Source: Bacteroidota bacterium
Lineage (GTDB): Bacteria > Bacteroidota > Bacteroidia > Cytophagales > Cyclobacteriaceae
Direction: 5' to 3'
Assembly (NCBI GenBank): GCA_018267195.1
Contig: JAFDYY010000003.1
Location: forward strand, 46,686-110,685
DNA: 64,000 nt
The notes beneath the pieces are model-generated. The model was not told the origin of the DNA. It worked only from the letters and a program-made list of their open reading frames with translations, and did not search any database. Shown piece after piece: positions 27,492 to 37,054 of the stretch. Position 1 is the stretch's first letter, and every line of letters starts with the position of its first letter. Both the position numbers and the translations under genes were made by a program.

Positions 27492-28751
27492 ATGAAGGAA
27501 AATTTAGTCGGTCTTCTCAAGTCACTCACCTTCGCCCTTTTCATTTCTGCTACTACGGTTTCTTTTGCACAAGAAATTTCAAAAGACGCAGCCGTCATTA
27601 AAGCAGGCGAAGAGTTGTTCAACGGGAATTGTAAAGCTTGTCACCGGGTTAAACAAAAATTAGTCGGCCCTGCCTTAGCAGGTGTGGATACACGTGTGCC
27701 GTCTGTAGCCTGGATCAAAAACTGGGTGCGCAACCCGGCCAAGGTTATTGCCAGTGGCGATAAGTATGCTGTGGATTTGTATAATGAATACAACAAAAGC
27801 CAGATGACGGCTTTCACCAGCTACACAGATGATCAGATCATGAGCATACTGGCGTATGTAAAATCGGAAGCAGATAAACCCGATGCCACGGCCGCCACAC
27901 AGACTGCAGCCGGAAATGCAGCCGGCCAAGGAGGCGAACCATCCGGATACCTGGATGTTATCTTGGTAGGGATGATCGTTATCTTACTATTGATGTTGGC
28001 CATTCTGGGTATCGTAAGTAAAGCGCTAAAAAAATACCTGAATGAAAAGCCGCTGAGCGAAGAAGATAAAGAAGTGGTGAATAGCCCTTATACATTAGGT
28101 GGTTTCTTGCGCAGCCCGGGCTTTATATTTTTAGTAGTGTTTGTGGTGGGGGCGGTAACCTTTAAGACTGTAATAGACGGACTTTATTCAATTGGCATTC
28201 AGCAAAACTATCAGCCCAAGCAACCCATTGCCTTTTCACACAAATTGCATGCGGGCTCTTACGAAATTAATTGCGTGTATTGCCACACGGGTGCAGAGAA
28301 GGGCAAACAGGCTAACATTCCTTCACCTAATATTTGTATGAACTGCCACTCGCAGATTAAAAAAGAATCACCAGAGATACAGAAAATCTATGCGGCCATT
28401 GGGTATGATGTAAACTCGGCTTCTTATACCGGGAAACAAAAACCGATTGAGTGGGTACGCATTCATAATTTACCCGATCTGGCCTACTTCAACCACTCCC
28501 AACATTATAATGTAGCCGGGGTTAAATGCCAAACCTGCCACGGCCCTATTGAAGAAATGGAAGTAGTGAAACAATATTCTTTGCTTACCATGGGCTGGTG
28601 TATTGATTGTCACCGCAAAACAGATGTTAATACAGAAGGCAATGCCTATTACGACCGATTGGTGCAAGTACACAATGCAGCCAAAGGCAATAAATCTAAA
28701 ATGAAAGTGGAAGACATTGGTGGGCTGGAGTGCTCAAAATGTCATTATTAA
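27492..28751 (+). CDS. actA: Alternative complex III subunit ActA (pentaheme cytochrome c) with an additional N-terminal monoheme cytochrome c domain
   Basis: Six CxxCH motifs: CKACH, CVYCH, CMNCH, CQTCH, CIDCH, CSKCH. Signal peptide MKENLVGLLKSLTFALFISATTVSFAQE and two internal TM helices. Confidence 0.88.
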   Translation: MKENLVGLLKSLTFALFISATTVSFAQEISKDAAVIKAGEELFNGNCKACHRVKQKLVGPALAGVDTRVPSVAWIKNWVRNPAKVIASGDKYAVDLYNEYNKSQMTAFTSYTDDQIMSILAYVKSEADKPDATAATQTAAGNAAGQGGEPSGYLDVILVGMIVILLLMLAILGIVSKALKKYLNEKPLSEEDKEVVNSPYTLGGFLRSPGFIFLVVFVVGAVTFKTVIDGLYSIGIQQNYQPKQPIAFSHKLHAGSYEINCVYCHTGAEKGKQANIPSPNICMNCHSQIKKESPEIQKIYAAIGYDVNSASYTGKQKPIEWVRIHNLPDLAYFNHSQHYNVAGVKCQTCHGPIEEMEVVKQYSLLTMGWCIDCHRKTDVNTEGNAYYDRLVQVHNAAKGNKSKMKVEDIGGLECSKCHY

Positions 28752-28779
28752 TACATAGTATCAATTCTTCGATCTCAAT

Positions 28780-31700
28780 ATGAGCGAAACAAAAAAGACA
28801 TACTGGAAAGGGTTAGCCCAGCTGAAAAACGATCCCAACTACGTAAAACACGCCAACGATGAATTTGTTGATTTAGGCGTGGAAGAAGATCCCGGTCACT
28901 CGCGCAGAGATTTTCTGCGGATGATGGGTTTCAGCGTGGCAGCGGCTTCATTGGCCGCGTGCGAAGCCCCCGTACGAAAAGCGATTCCCTATATTATGAA
29001 GCCCGTTGATATTGATCCGGGCATTCCTAATTACTATGCTTCCTCTTACGTAAACGGAGGCGACTACTGTAGCATTGTAGTGAAAGTACGTGATGGCCGC
29101 CCTATTAAAGTAGAGGGCAACAGCCTTTCAACCGTAACGTTGGGCGGTACCAGCGCCCAGGTAGAGGCTTCCGTGCTTTCCTTGTATGATAATTTCAGGC
29201 TTCGTGGCCCGCAAAGAGGCGATACCAAAACCGATTGGGAGGCTATTGATAAAGAGATCATTGCAAAACTGGAAGAAGCAGCGGCTAAAGGAGCCGCCAT
29301 CCGCATTGTAAGCAATACTATATTAAGCCCGAGTACATTGGCCACCCTTGCCAAATTTAAAGCCAAGTACCCCACCACCGAACATGTTCAGTACGATCCG
29401 GTTTCAACGTATGGTATAACCCGAGCCAATGAAGAAAATTTCGGTGTGGCCATGATCCCATCGTACGATTTCAGTAAGGCTAAAACAATTGTCAGCATCG
29501 ATGCTGACTTTTTAGGTACATGGGTTTCGCCTATCGAATTTACCAAACAGTATGCCGCCACACGTGTGGTAAACGAGGATAAACGCGAGATGTCTCGCCA
29601 CTATCAGTTTGAGTCGAACCTCTCGTTAACCGGTGCCAATGCCGATTACCGCACCATGATTAAGCCCTCGCAACATGGCTTAGTCGTGGCACAATTATAT
29701 AACCTGATTGCCGCCAAGGCGGGTAAATCAGCATTATCAGCCGGAATCGATAAAGTGGCTAATCTGGAAAAGGCAGCCGAAGAACTGTGGAGCAACAAAG
29801 GCAGCGCTTTGGTCGTGAGTGGTTCGAACGACAAAGCGGTGCAGGTAATAGTTAACGCTATTAATGATTTATTAGGAAGCTATGGCGCTACCATCAACAC
29901 CAGTTTGCCGGTTAATTTCCGTAAAGGAAATGACGAAACAATGGCTTCATTCATATCAGATGCCAAAGACGGAAAATTAGGCGCAGTTATTTTCTATAAT
30001 TGTAACCCGGTGTACGATCACCCGATGGGGGAAGAATTAGGAAACGCACTGAAAAATATTTCGCTGACAGTTTCTACTTCCTACACTCCGGACGAAACCT
30101 CTTCAGCTTCGGCTTATAAAGCTCCGGATCATCATTATTTAGAATCTTGGAATGATTTTGAGCCGAAACCCAATTCATTCAGTTTATCCCAACCGGCCAT
30201 CACACCGATATTCAAATCGCGTCAGGCACAGGTAAGCTTGCTGATGTGGGCAGGAGAAACCGTGGAGGATTATTTTAGTGTATTGCAGGAAAATTGGAAA
30301 AATTGGTTTTCTGAAAAAGGAACTGATTTTCAAACCTTCTGGGATAAATGCCTGTACGATGGAGTTTATCAGGCTGTTGCCGGTAAGAAAGAGGAAGAAC
30401 CTAAGGGAAAAGGAAAAGAAAAAGGCAAGGAAAAACAGAAGCTGTCTGATAAAGTTCTCAGCTATATCGGAAAAGAGCAGGAAGCGGCCGCTTCCATTGC
30501 GGCCAACTATAAAGCTGCCAATGAAGGCGTGGAAATAGCAATCTACGAAAGCTATGCCGTAGGCAATGGCTCACAGGCCAATAACCCGTTGTTGCAAGAG
30601 TTACCCGATCCCATTACCAAAGCAGTTTGGGATCATTATGTTACCATCTCGCAAAAAGATGCTAACAAGTGGGGAATTGATAATGATGCGGAAGGAAATA
30701 CACAGAAAGTAAAAATAACGGCTAACGGAAAAACCGTTATCGTGGCAGCATTGGTTCAGCCCGGTCAGGCCGAAGGCACCATTGGCCTTTCGCTCGGCTA
30801 TGGCCGAACGAAAGTAGGCGTGGTGGCCAAAAATATTGGAGCCAACATATATCCTTTGGTTACTCTGCTAAATGGATCACTGAACTACAGTGTTTCAACC
30901 GGAGTATCCATTGAAAAAACAACGGAAGATTTTCAGATTGCTCAGACACAGATTCATCAAACCTACATGGGGCGTGAAAATGTGATACAGGAAGCTACGC
31001 TGGCAGAGTTTAAAGAAGACCCGGCAGCGGGAAGAGATATTCCTAAAATTACCAAGTGGGATGAAAAAGTAGATATTGCTTCCGTAAGTATGTGGAAAGG
31101 CCATTCCTATCCTAATCACCATTGGGGAATGACGATTGATTTAAACTCTTGCACCGGATGCGGTGCATGTGTGGTAGCTTGTAATGTAGAAAATAATATT
31201 GCGTTGGTAGGCAAAGATGAAGTTATCCGCAGACGCGAAATGCACTGGCTACGGATAGACCGCTATTACAGCAGCGATGCCAAGCATGATGATTACAAAG
31301 GATTAGAGATAGCTGCCGAAAATCCGGAGGTTACTTTCCAACCGATGTTGTGCCAGCATTGCAATAATGCATCGTGTGAAACGGTGTGCCCGGTAGCGGC
31401 TACCACTCATAGCACGGAAGGATTAAACCAGATGGCTTATAACCGTTGTATCGGTACTCGCTATTGCGCCAATAACTGCCCTTATAAAGTGCGCAGGTTC
31501 AACTGGTTTAAATATCATGACAACCAACAATTCTATCAGTCTAACCCGGCTATGAATACCGATCTCGGAAGAATGGTATTGAATCCGGATGTAACGGTGC
31601 GCTCCAGAGGGGTAATGGAAAAATGTTCATTCTGTGTGCAACGTATTCAGGCGGGCAAGTTAAATGCCAAGCGCGAACGCAGAGAATTGAAAGATGGAGA

Positions 31701-31986
31701 AGTGGTAACGGCTTGCCAGGCATCGTGCACTTCGGGGGCTATTGTGTTTGGCGACATGAACAATCCGGAAAGCGCCATCAGCAAATTGCTGAAGATTGAT
31801 CATTATATTGAAAAAGAAGTTGAAAAAGACGGGAAGAAAGTAACCGAGAAAGTATTCAACTACAGCTTCGATAAAAAAATTGGCAACCCGCGCGCTTACC
31901 GTGTGTTGGAAGATGTGGGCGTGAAACCCAATATTTTCTACCTGACCAAAATCAGGAACAAAGACAAAGCCGAACATGCTTCATAA
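28780..31986 (+). CDS. actB: Alternative complex III subunit ActB (molybdopterin-oxidoreductase-like plus 4Fe-4S ferredoxin domains)
   Basis: Tat signal SRRDFLRMMGF. C-terminal Fe-S cysteine clusters CTGCGACVVAC, CQHCNNASCETVCP and CIGTRYCANNCP. Confidence 0.9.
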   Translation: MSETKKTYWKGLAQLKNDPNYVKHANDEFVDLGVEEDPGHSRRDFLRMMGFSVAAASLAACEAPVRKAIPYIMKPVDIDPGIPNYYASSYVNGGDYCSIVVKVRDGRPIKVEGNSLSTVTLGGTSAQVEASVLSLYDNFRLRGPQRGDTKTDWEAIDKEIIAKLEEAAAKGAAIRIVSNTILSPSTLATLAKFKAKYPTTEHVQYDPVSTYGITRANEENFGVAMIPSYDFSKAKTIVSIDADFLGTWVSPIEFTKQYAATRVVNEDKREMSRHYQFESNLSLTGANADYRTMIKPSQHGLVVAQLYNLIAAKAGKSALSAGIDKVANLEKAAEELWSNKGSALVVSGSNDKAVQVIVNAINDLLGSYGATINTSLPVNFRKGNDETMASFISDAKDGKLGAVIFYNCNPVYDHPMGEELGNALKNISLTVSTSYTPDETSSASAYKAPDHHYLESWNDFEPKPNSFSLSQPAITPIFKSRQAQVSLLMWAGETVEDYFSVLQENWKNWFSEKGTDFQTFWDKCLYDGVYQAVAGKKEEEPKGKGKEKGKEKQKLSDKVLSYIGKEQEAAASIAANYKAANEGVEIAIYESYAVGNGSQANNPLLQELPDPITKAVWDHYVTISQKDANKWGIDNDAEGNTQKVKITANGKTVIVAALVQPGQAEGTIGLSLGYGRTKVGVVAKNIGANIYPLVTLLNGSLNYSVSTGVSIEKTTEDFQIAQTQIHQTYMGRENVIQEATLAEFKEDPAAGRDIPKITKWDEKVDIASVSMWKGHSYPNHHWGMTIDLNSCTGCGACVVACNVENNIALVGKDEVIRRREMHWLRIDRYYSSDAKHDDYKGLEIAAENPEVTFQPMLCQHCNNASCETVCPVAATTHSTEGLNQMAYNRCIGTRYCANNCPYKVRRFNWFKYHDNQQFYQSNPAMNTDLGRMVLNPDVTVRSRGVMEKCSFCVQRIQAGKLNAKRERRELKDGEVVTACQASCTSGAIVFGDMNNPESAISKLLKIDHYIEKEVEKDGKKVTEKVFNYSFDKKIGNPRAYRVLEDVGVKPNIFYLTKIRNKDKAEHAS

Positions 31987-32026
31987 ACATATAAATTCAG
32001 ATCAAAACGAATAATTACCAACGAAC

Positions 32027-33397
32027 ATGCAAGTAACCTCAACTTTACGCGAACCCTTAGTAACCGGAGGAAAGACCGTTCGTGATGTATCGGAAGACAT
32101 CAGCAGGCAAGTAGAAGGGAAGCCCACCAGCCTTTGGTGGATCGCTTTCGGTATTTCTTCCGTATTGTTTCTTTTTGGTGCCTATTGTTTTTGGATTTTA
32201 CTTTGGAATGGGGTAGGTGTTTGGGGGCTTAATAAAACAATCGGTTGGGCGTGGGATATCACCAACTTTGTGTGGTGGGTCGGTATCGGTCACGCGGGCA
32301 CATTAATTTCAGCTATCTTATTACTGTTCCGTCAGCGCTGGAGAATGTCTATCAACCGGGCGGCAGAAGCCATGACTATTTTTGCCGTGATCTGTGCCGC
32401 TAGTTTCCCGTTGGCACACATGGGGCGTCTTTGGATTGGCCCGGTGTGGTCGTTGCCACTCCCCAATACCTTTGGTTCGTTGTGGGTAAACTTTAACTCT
32501 CCCCTGCTGTGGGATGTGTTTGCCATCTCTACATATTTTTCAGTATCGCTTTTGTTTTGGTACATGGGGCTAATACCCGACTTTGCCGTTATCCGCGACC
32601 GGGCCGTTCGCACCGGGCATAATGTACGGGCGGCCATCTATAATGCATTAAGTTTTGGTTGGAGTGGAGGAGCCAAAACATGGATGCGCTATGAATCAGT
32701 TGCATTGATATTAGCCGGATTGTCAACCCCGCTGGTATTATCCGTTCATACCATTGTATCAATGGACTTTGCCACGTCTGTAATTCCCGGCTGGCACGCT
32801 ACTATATTCCCTCCCTATTTTGTGGCCGGTGCGATCTTTTCAGGATTTGCTATGGTGCTTACCCTGTTGCTGGTAACGCGTAAGTTATTCCATTTGGAAG
32901 ACTACATTACGATCTATCACGTTGAGTTGATGAACATCATTATTATCATTACCGGGTCTATTGTGGGGATTGCTTACATCACGGAATTCTTTATTGCCTG
33001 GTATGGGCAGGTTCCTGCGGAGCAATATACCTTCATTAACCGGGCCTTTGGTCCTTACTGGTGGGCCTACGCTTCCATGATGACCTGTAATGTGATTTCG
33101 CCTCAGCTTTTCTGGTTTAAAAAAATCAGAACCAACCTAGTGGCTACATTCATTATTTCCATCATTGTTAATATTGGTATGTGGTTCGAACGGTTTGTAA
33201 TCATTGCCACCTCTATTCACCGCGACTACCTCCCGTCAAGCTGGTCTATGTTTTACCCTACGTTCTACGATGTAGGACAGTATATATTTACCTTCGGGTT
33301 GTTCTTCTGCGCATTCTTGCTGTTTGCCAAGTATTTCCCGGTGATTAACATGGCCGAAGTAAAAAGCATTTTAAAATCTACCTCTGAAAAGAAATAG
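32027..33397 (+). CDS. actC: Alternative complex III subunit ActC (NrfD/PsrC-like quinol-interacting membrane subunit)
   Basis: 456-aa polytopic NrfD-family protein in the canonical position after actB. Confidence 0.88.
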   Translation: MQVTSTLREPLVTGGKTVRDVSEDISRQVEGKPTSLWWIAFGISSVLFLFGAYCFWILLWNGVGVWGLNKTIGWAWDITNFVWWVGIGHAGTLISAILLLFRQRWRMSINRAAEAMTIFAVICAASFPLAHMGRLWIGPVWSLPLPNTFGSLWVNFNSPLLWDVFAISTYFSVSLLFWYMGLIPDFAVIRDRAVRTGHNVRAAIYNALSFGWSGGAKTWMRYESVALILAGLSTPLVLSVHTIVSMDFATSVIPGWHATIFPPYFVAGAIFSGFAMVLTLLLVTRKLFHLEDYITIYHVELMNIIIIITGSIVGIAYITEFFIAWYGQVPAEQYTFINRAFGPYWWAYASMMTCNVISPQLFWFKKIRTNLVATFIISIIVNIGMWFERFVIIATSIHRDYLPSSWSMFYPTFYDVGQYIFTFGLFFCAFLLFAKYFPVINMAEVKSILKSTSEKK

Positions 33398-33401
33398 TGA
33401 T

Positions 33402-33926
33402 ATGCAAAGCAATAAAAATTTTGTGGTTGGGATTTTTGATGACGAAGATGTGCTGCTCGATGCCGTAGAAAAAATACGCGGCAATGGGGTGCGCATAGAC
33501 GAAGTCTATTCTCCATTTCCGGTTCACGGATTGGATGAGGCCTTAGGCTATCGCAGAACACGCCTGCCAATTGCCTCGTTTATGTTTGGTATTACGGGCA
33601 CCATCTTAGCCCTTTTCACCCAAACGTGGATGTTGGGGTACGACTGGCCCATGGATATTGGCGGAAAGAACCATGCTTCGTTGCCTCCATTCATTCCAGT
33701 CACTTTTGAGTTTACGGTACTCTGTGCTTCGTTTGGAATTGTTATTACGTTTTTAATTGTGAGCAATATGAAGCCGTATTCCTGGCCTCGTTCGTATGAT
33801 ATCCGCAGCACAGACGATAAGCACGTTATGGCTATTGACTTAGCTCATAACAAATTGAGCAAAGATGAAATTGGCCGATTGTTGAAAGACAGTGGCGCTT
33901 CGGAAGTAAATGAGAAAAATTTTTAA
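33402..33926 (+). CDS. actD: Alternative complex III subunit ActD (DUF3341)
   Basis: 174 aa with a soluble N-domain and two central TM helices, in the canonical act gene order. Confidence 0.8.
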   Translation: MQSNKNFVVGIFDDEDVLLDAVEKIRGNGVRIDEVYSPFPVHGLDEALGYRRTRLPIASFMFGITGTILALFTQTWMLGYDWPMDIGGKNHASLPPFIPVTFEFTVLCASFGIVITFLIVSNMKPYSWPRSYDIRSTDDKHVMAIDLAHNKLSKDEIGRLLKDSGASEVNEKNF

Positions 33927-33936
33927 TTCGGTAAAT

Positions 33937-34590
33937 ATGCGTTTGATAACGAATTTGGTTTTGGGTGCATCGGCCGCCATTTTTCTGGCCGGTTGTAAAG
34001 CCGGAGGCGATTACCAGGGAACAGAATATGCTCCCAACATGTATCACTCGGTAGCTTATGAATCGCTTTCGCAAATTACCGATCAGGATGCCGGCTGGTA
34101 TTTCAATGCCCTTGATGCCCGATCGGGCGAGTTTTACAATTCCAACCCGTACAATCCCTATAAGATGAACCTGCGTCAGCCACCTAAATATGTGGTAAAG
34201 AGAGAGGCACATGGTTGGTTGCCTTATCGGGGCACAAATGATACAACCGGATTGCGTTTAGCCAACCGGTTAGTGAATCCGTTTGAGGCGTCACCGGCTA
34301 TTTTAGATCGAGGCAAAGTACTTTATGAAACATACTGCAAACATTGTCATGGAGCCAAAGGTGGAGGCGATGGTAAAGTAGCTCAAGGTGTAAAAATTGA
34401 TGATGTAGAGCACAGTTCATATCCCGGAGTAGCCAACTTGCGGGGCGATGCCTACAAAAAAATTACCGAAGGACATATCTTCCATGTCATCACGTATGGC
34501 AAAGGCCTGATGGGGGCACACGGCTCGCAAGTAAGCGAGGAAGACCGTTGGAAGATAGCCAAGTATGTAAAAGAACTTCAGAAAAATTGA
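33937..34590 (+). CDS. actE: Alternative complex III subunit ActE (lipid-anchored monoheme cytochrome c)
   Basis: Lipobox FLAGC and a single CKHCH heme motif. The ATG at 33937 is 11 nt after the actD stop; the track ATG at 33910 would overlap actD by 17 nt. Confidence 0.85.
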   Translation: MRLITNLVLGASAAIFLAGCKAGGDYQGTEYAPNMYHSVAYESLSQITDQDAGWYFNALDARSGEFYNSNPYNPYKMNLRQPPKYVVKREAHGWLPYRGTNDTTGLRLANRLVNPFEASPAILDRGKVLYETYCKHCHGAKGGGDGKVAQGVKIDDVEHSSYPGVANLRGDAYKKITEGHIFHVITYGKGLMGAHGSQVSEEDRWKIAKYVKELQKN

Positions 34591-34605
34591 TCTATAATAA
34601 ATAGC

Positions 34606-35955
34606 ATGCAAATGATTGCTGACGAAAAATACGAGTTTAAAGCCCAGACTAAAACCAAGTTGATTATTCTGGCAGCGGTAGGCCTTCTCCTTTTGGTAGC
34701 AGGTATTTTCATGGTTAATTCGGGCGGGCATGAAGAGCACCATGCTTCGATTGAAATATCAAAATCGCTTACGGCCAGTTTGGCTCCGCAAGAAGCCGGG
34801 CATCAGGAAGTGGCAGCAGGAGAACACCATGGCAGCCCTGTCTGGTTGAAGAAAATATACACTTCACTTTGGCAGAATAGTATTTTCTATACCGGGATAG
34901 GAATTATAGGCTTATTCTTTGTAGCCATACAATACGCTGCTCAAGCCGGCTGGTCGGCCCCCATTAAACGTGTTCCGTTGGCTATTGGAAGTTGGATTCC
35001 CGTAGCTGGTATTTTTATGGTAGTGCTGTGGTTCGTGGCCAAAGGCGATATTTTTCACTGGACACATCACGACTTGTTTGATAAAAGCAGCCTATCGTAT
35101 GATGAGGTAATTGAGGGCAAAGGCGGTTTTTTCTATTGGCCGTTAGCGGCCGGAAGTTTCCCGCTTTTTTTCTTTATACGAATGATAGCTTTTTTTGGAC
35201 TCTGGTATTTATTCTATGTGTGGATAAAAAGAGAAATGCTGGCAGAAGACATCAATGGAGGAACAACTCATTGGTTGAAGGCCAGAAAGTATTCGGCCAT
35301 CTTCCTGGTAATTTTTGCCGTATCTTCTTCCATTGCCGCATGGGATTGGGTAATGAGTATTGATACACATTGGTTTAGCACGATGTTTGGCTGGTACGTG
35401 TTTGCCAGTTGGTGGTTATCCGGGCTTGCCGCCATAACCATTTTTGTAGTGTACTTAAAAAGTGCCGGGTACTTGAGGTTAGTCAATGCCAATCATCTGC
35501 ACGACCTTGGAAAGTTCGTGTTTGCGTTCAGCATATTCTGGACCTACATTTGGTTTGGTCAGTTTTTATTGATTTGGTATGCCAACATACCCGAAGAAAC
35601 CATCTATTTTATTTCGCAAATGAGGAATACTCCTTATAGTTGGATTTTTTATGTCAGCTTGTTTATGAATTTTGTACTTCCTTTCTTATTACTGATGACA
35701 CGAGACTCCAAGCGGCATATTTCCATGTTGAAATTGGTTTGCCCGATTGTACTGATAGGACAATGGTTTAATTTCTATAATATGGTAACACCCGGAGTTA
35801 TGCAACACAATGGAGGAGTCGGCTTTTTAGAAATTGGTGTGAGCCTTGTGTTCCTTGCTGTATTCCTGTTTGTAGTACTGAACGCACTTTCAAAAATTCA
35901 ATTGGTGGCCAAACATCATCCTTTTATGGAAGAAAGTTTGAACCATCATATTTAA
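34606..35955 (+). CDS. actF: Alternative complex III subunit ActF (second NrfD-like membrane subunit)
   Basis: 449-aa polytopic membrane protein in the canonical position after actE. Confidence 0.85.
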   Translation: MQMIADEKYEFKAQTKTKLIILAAVGLLLLVAGIFMVNSGGHEEHHASIEISKSLTASLAPQEAGHQEVAAGEHHGSPVWLKKIYTSLWQNSIFYTGIGIIGLFFVAIQYAAQAGWSAPIKRVPLAIGSWIPVAGIFMVVLWFVAKGDIFHWTHHDLFDKSSLSYDEVIEGKGGFFYWPLAAGSFPLFFFIRMIAFFGLWYLFYVWIKREMLAEDINGGTTHWLKARKYSAIFLVIFAVSSSIAAWDWVMSIDTHWFSTMFGWYVFASWWLSGLAAITIFVVYLKSAGYLRLVNANHLHDLGKFVFAFSIFWTYIWFGQFLLIWYANIPEETIYFISQMRNTPYSWIFYVSLFMNFVLPFLLLMTRDSKRHISMLKLVCPIVLIGQWFNFYNMVTPGVMQHNGGVGFLEIGVSLVFLAVFLFVVLNALSKIQLVAKHHPFMEESLNHHI

Positions 35956-35976
35956 GAGACTTTAAAAGACGACATT

Positions 35977-37044
35977 ATGAATATGATTATTGGTTTGGGA
36001 GTTGTTTTAGTAGTAGCCATTCTATACATGATCTTTCGTATCGGAAGGCTCATGGAAGTAGCCAAGGAGAAAAATGAAGACGATAACTCGTGGAATAATA
36101 TCAATGCTTTTCTTTTTTTGCTTTTCATGGTTTTTGGGTTGATCGGTTTTTTCTATTATTCCTACAAACACTATGGAACATACGAACCTCCTGTAGCCTC
36201 CGAGCATGGTGTGGTTACCGATAATTTATTTTGGATAACGATGGCCATCACCGTAGTTGCTTTTGTGGCCATTTTTATTGTGATGTTCTGGTTTACCTAC
36301 ATCTACCGGTACAATAAAAACCGTAGGGCAGCTTTCTTTGCGGATAACCATTATCTTGAAATTACCTGGACGGTAATTCCGGCTGTCGTTTTAGCTTTGC
36401 TTATCCTTAAAGGTTTGCGTGTATGGGGCGATATTACAGGCCCGGCTTCCAAAGAGGCAGTGGTTATAGAAATGATTGGCCAGCAGTTTGCCTGGACAGC
36501 ACGTTACCCGGGGGTAAAAGACCGCGAGTTAGGACATCATAATTATAAGCTGATTGACGCCTCCAATGAGTTTGGTTTAGACTTAACCGATAAAAATTCA
36601 TTTGATGATTTTAAATCGCTGACTCTGTATTTGCCAAAAGGCAAAGAAGTATTATTGAAAATCCGGGCGAAAGATGTAATCCATAGCGTATTCCTTCCTC
36701 ATTTCCGTGTAAAGATGGATGCCGTACCCGGTATGCAAACCCAATTTAAATTTACCCCTACCAAGACGACCGAAGAAATGCGCACGGAAACAGGGAATGC
36801 TAAATTTAATTATGAAATGGCTTGCACTGAAGTTTGTGGACGTGGGCATTTTTCGATGCGGTTTCCGGTGATAGTGGTCGAGCCGGATGAGTATGAAAGA
36901 TGGATGGCATCGCAAACTCCTTGGCTTAAGCAAAACCCAGACTATATGAAATATGTGCCAGCCAATTTAAAAGAAGCGGCTGCTATTAAAGCGGGGTTGT
37001 CATTAGAGGGTATTCAAACATCAAATTCGGTTTCACTGAAATAA
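35977..37044 (+). CDS. coxB: Cytochrome c oxidase subunit II (aa3-type, no fused cytochrome c domain)
   Basis: N-terminal TM helices plus a cupredoxin domain with the CuA site HSVFLPHF ... CTEVCGRGHFSM. No CxxCH motif. Confidence 0.92.
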   Translation: MNMIIGLGVVLVVAILYMIFRIGRLMEVAKEKNEDDNSWNNINAFLFLLFMVFGLIGFFYYSYKHYGTYEPPVASEHGVVTDNLFWITMAITVVAFVAIFIVMFWFTYIYRYNKNRRAAFFADNHYLEITWTVIPAVVLALLILKGLRVWGDITGPASKEAVVIEMIGQQFAWTARYPGVKDRELGHHNYKLIDASNEFGLDLTDKNSFDDFKSLTLYLPKGKEVLLKIRAKDVIHSVFLPHFRVKMDAVPGMQTQFKFTPTKTTEEMRTETGNAKFNYEMACTEVCGRGHFSMRFPVIVVEPDEYERWMASQTPWLKQNPDYMKYVPANLKEAAAIKAGLSLEGIQTSNSVSLK

Positions 37045-37054
37045 TTTTTTTAAA

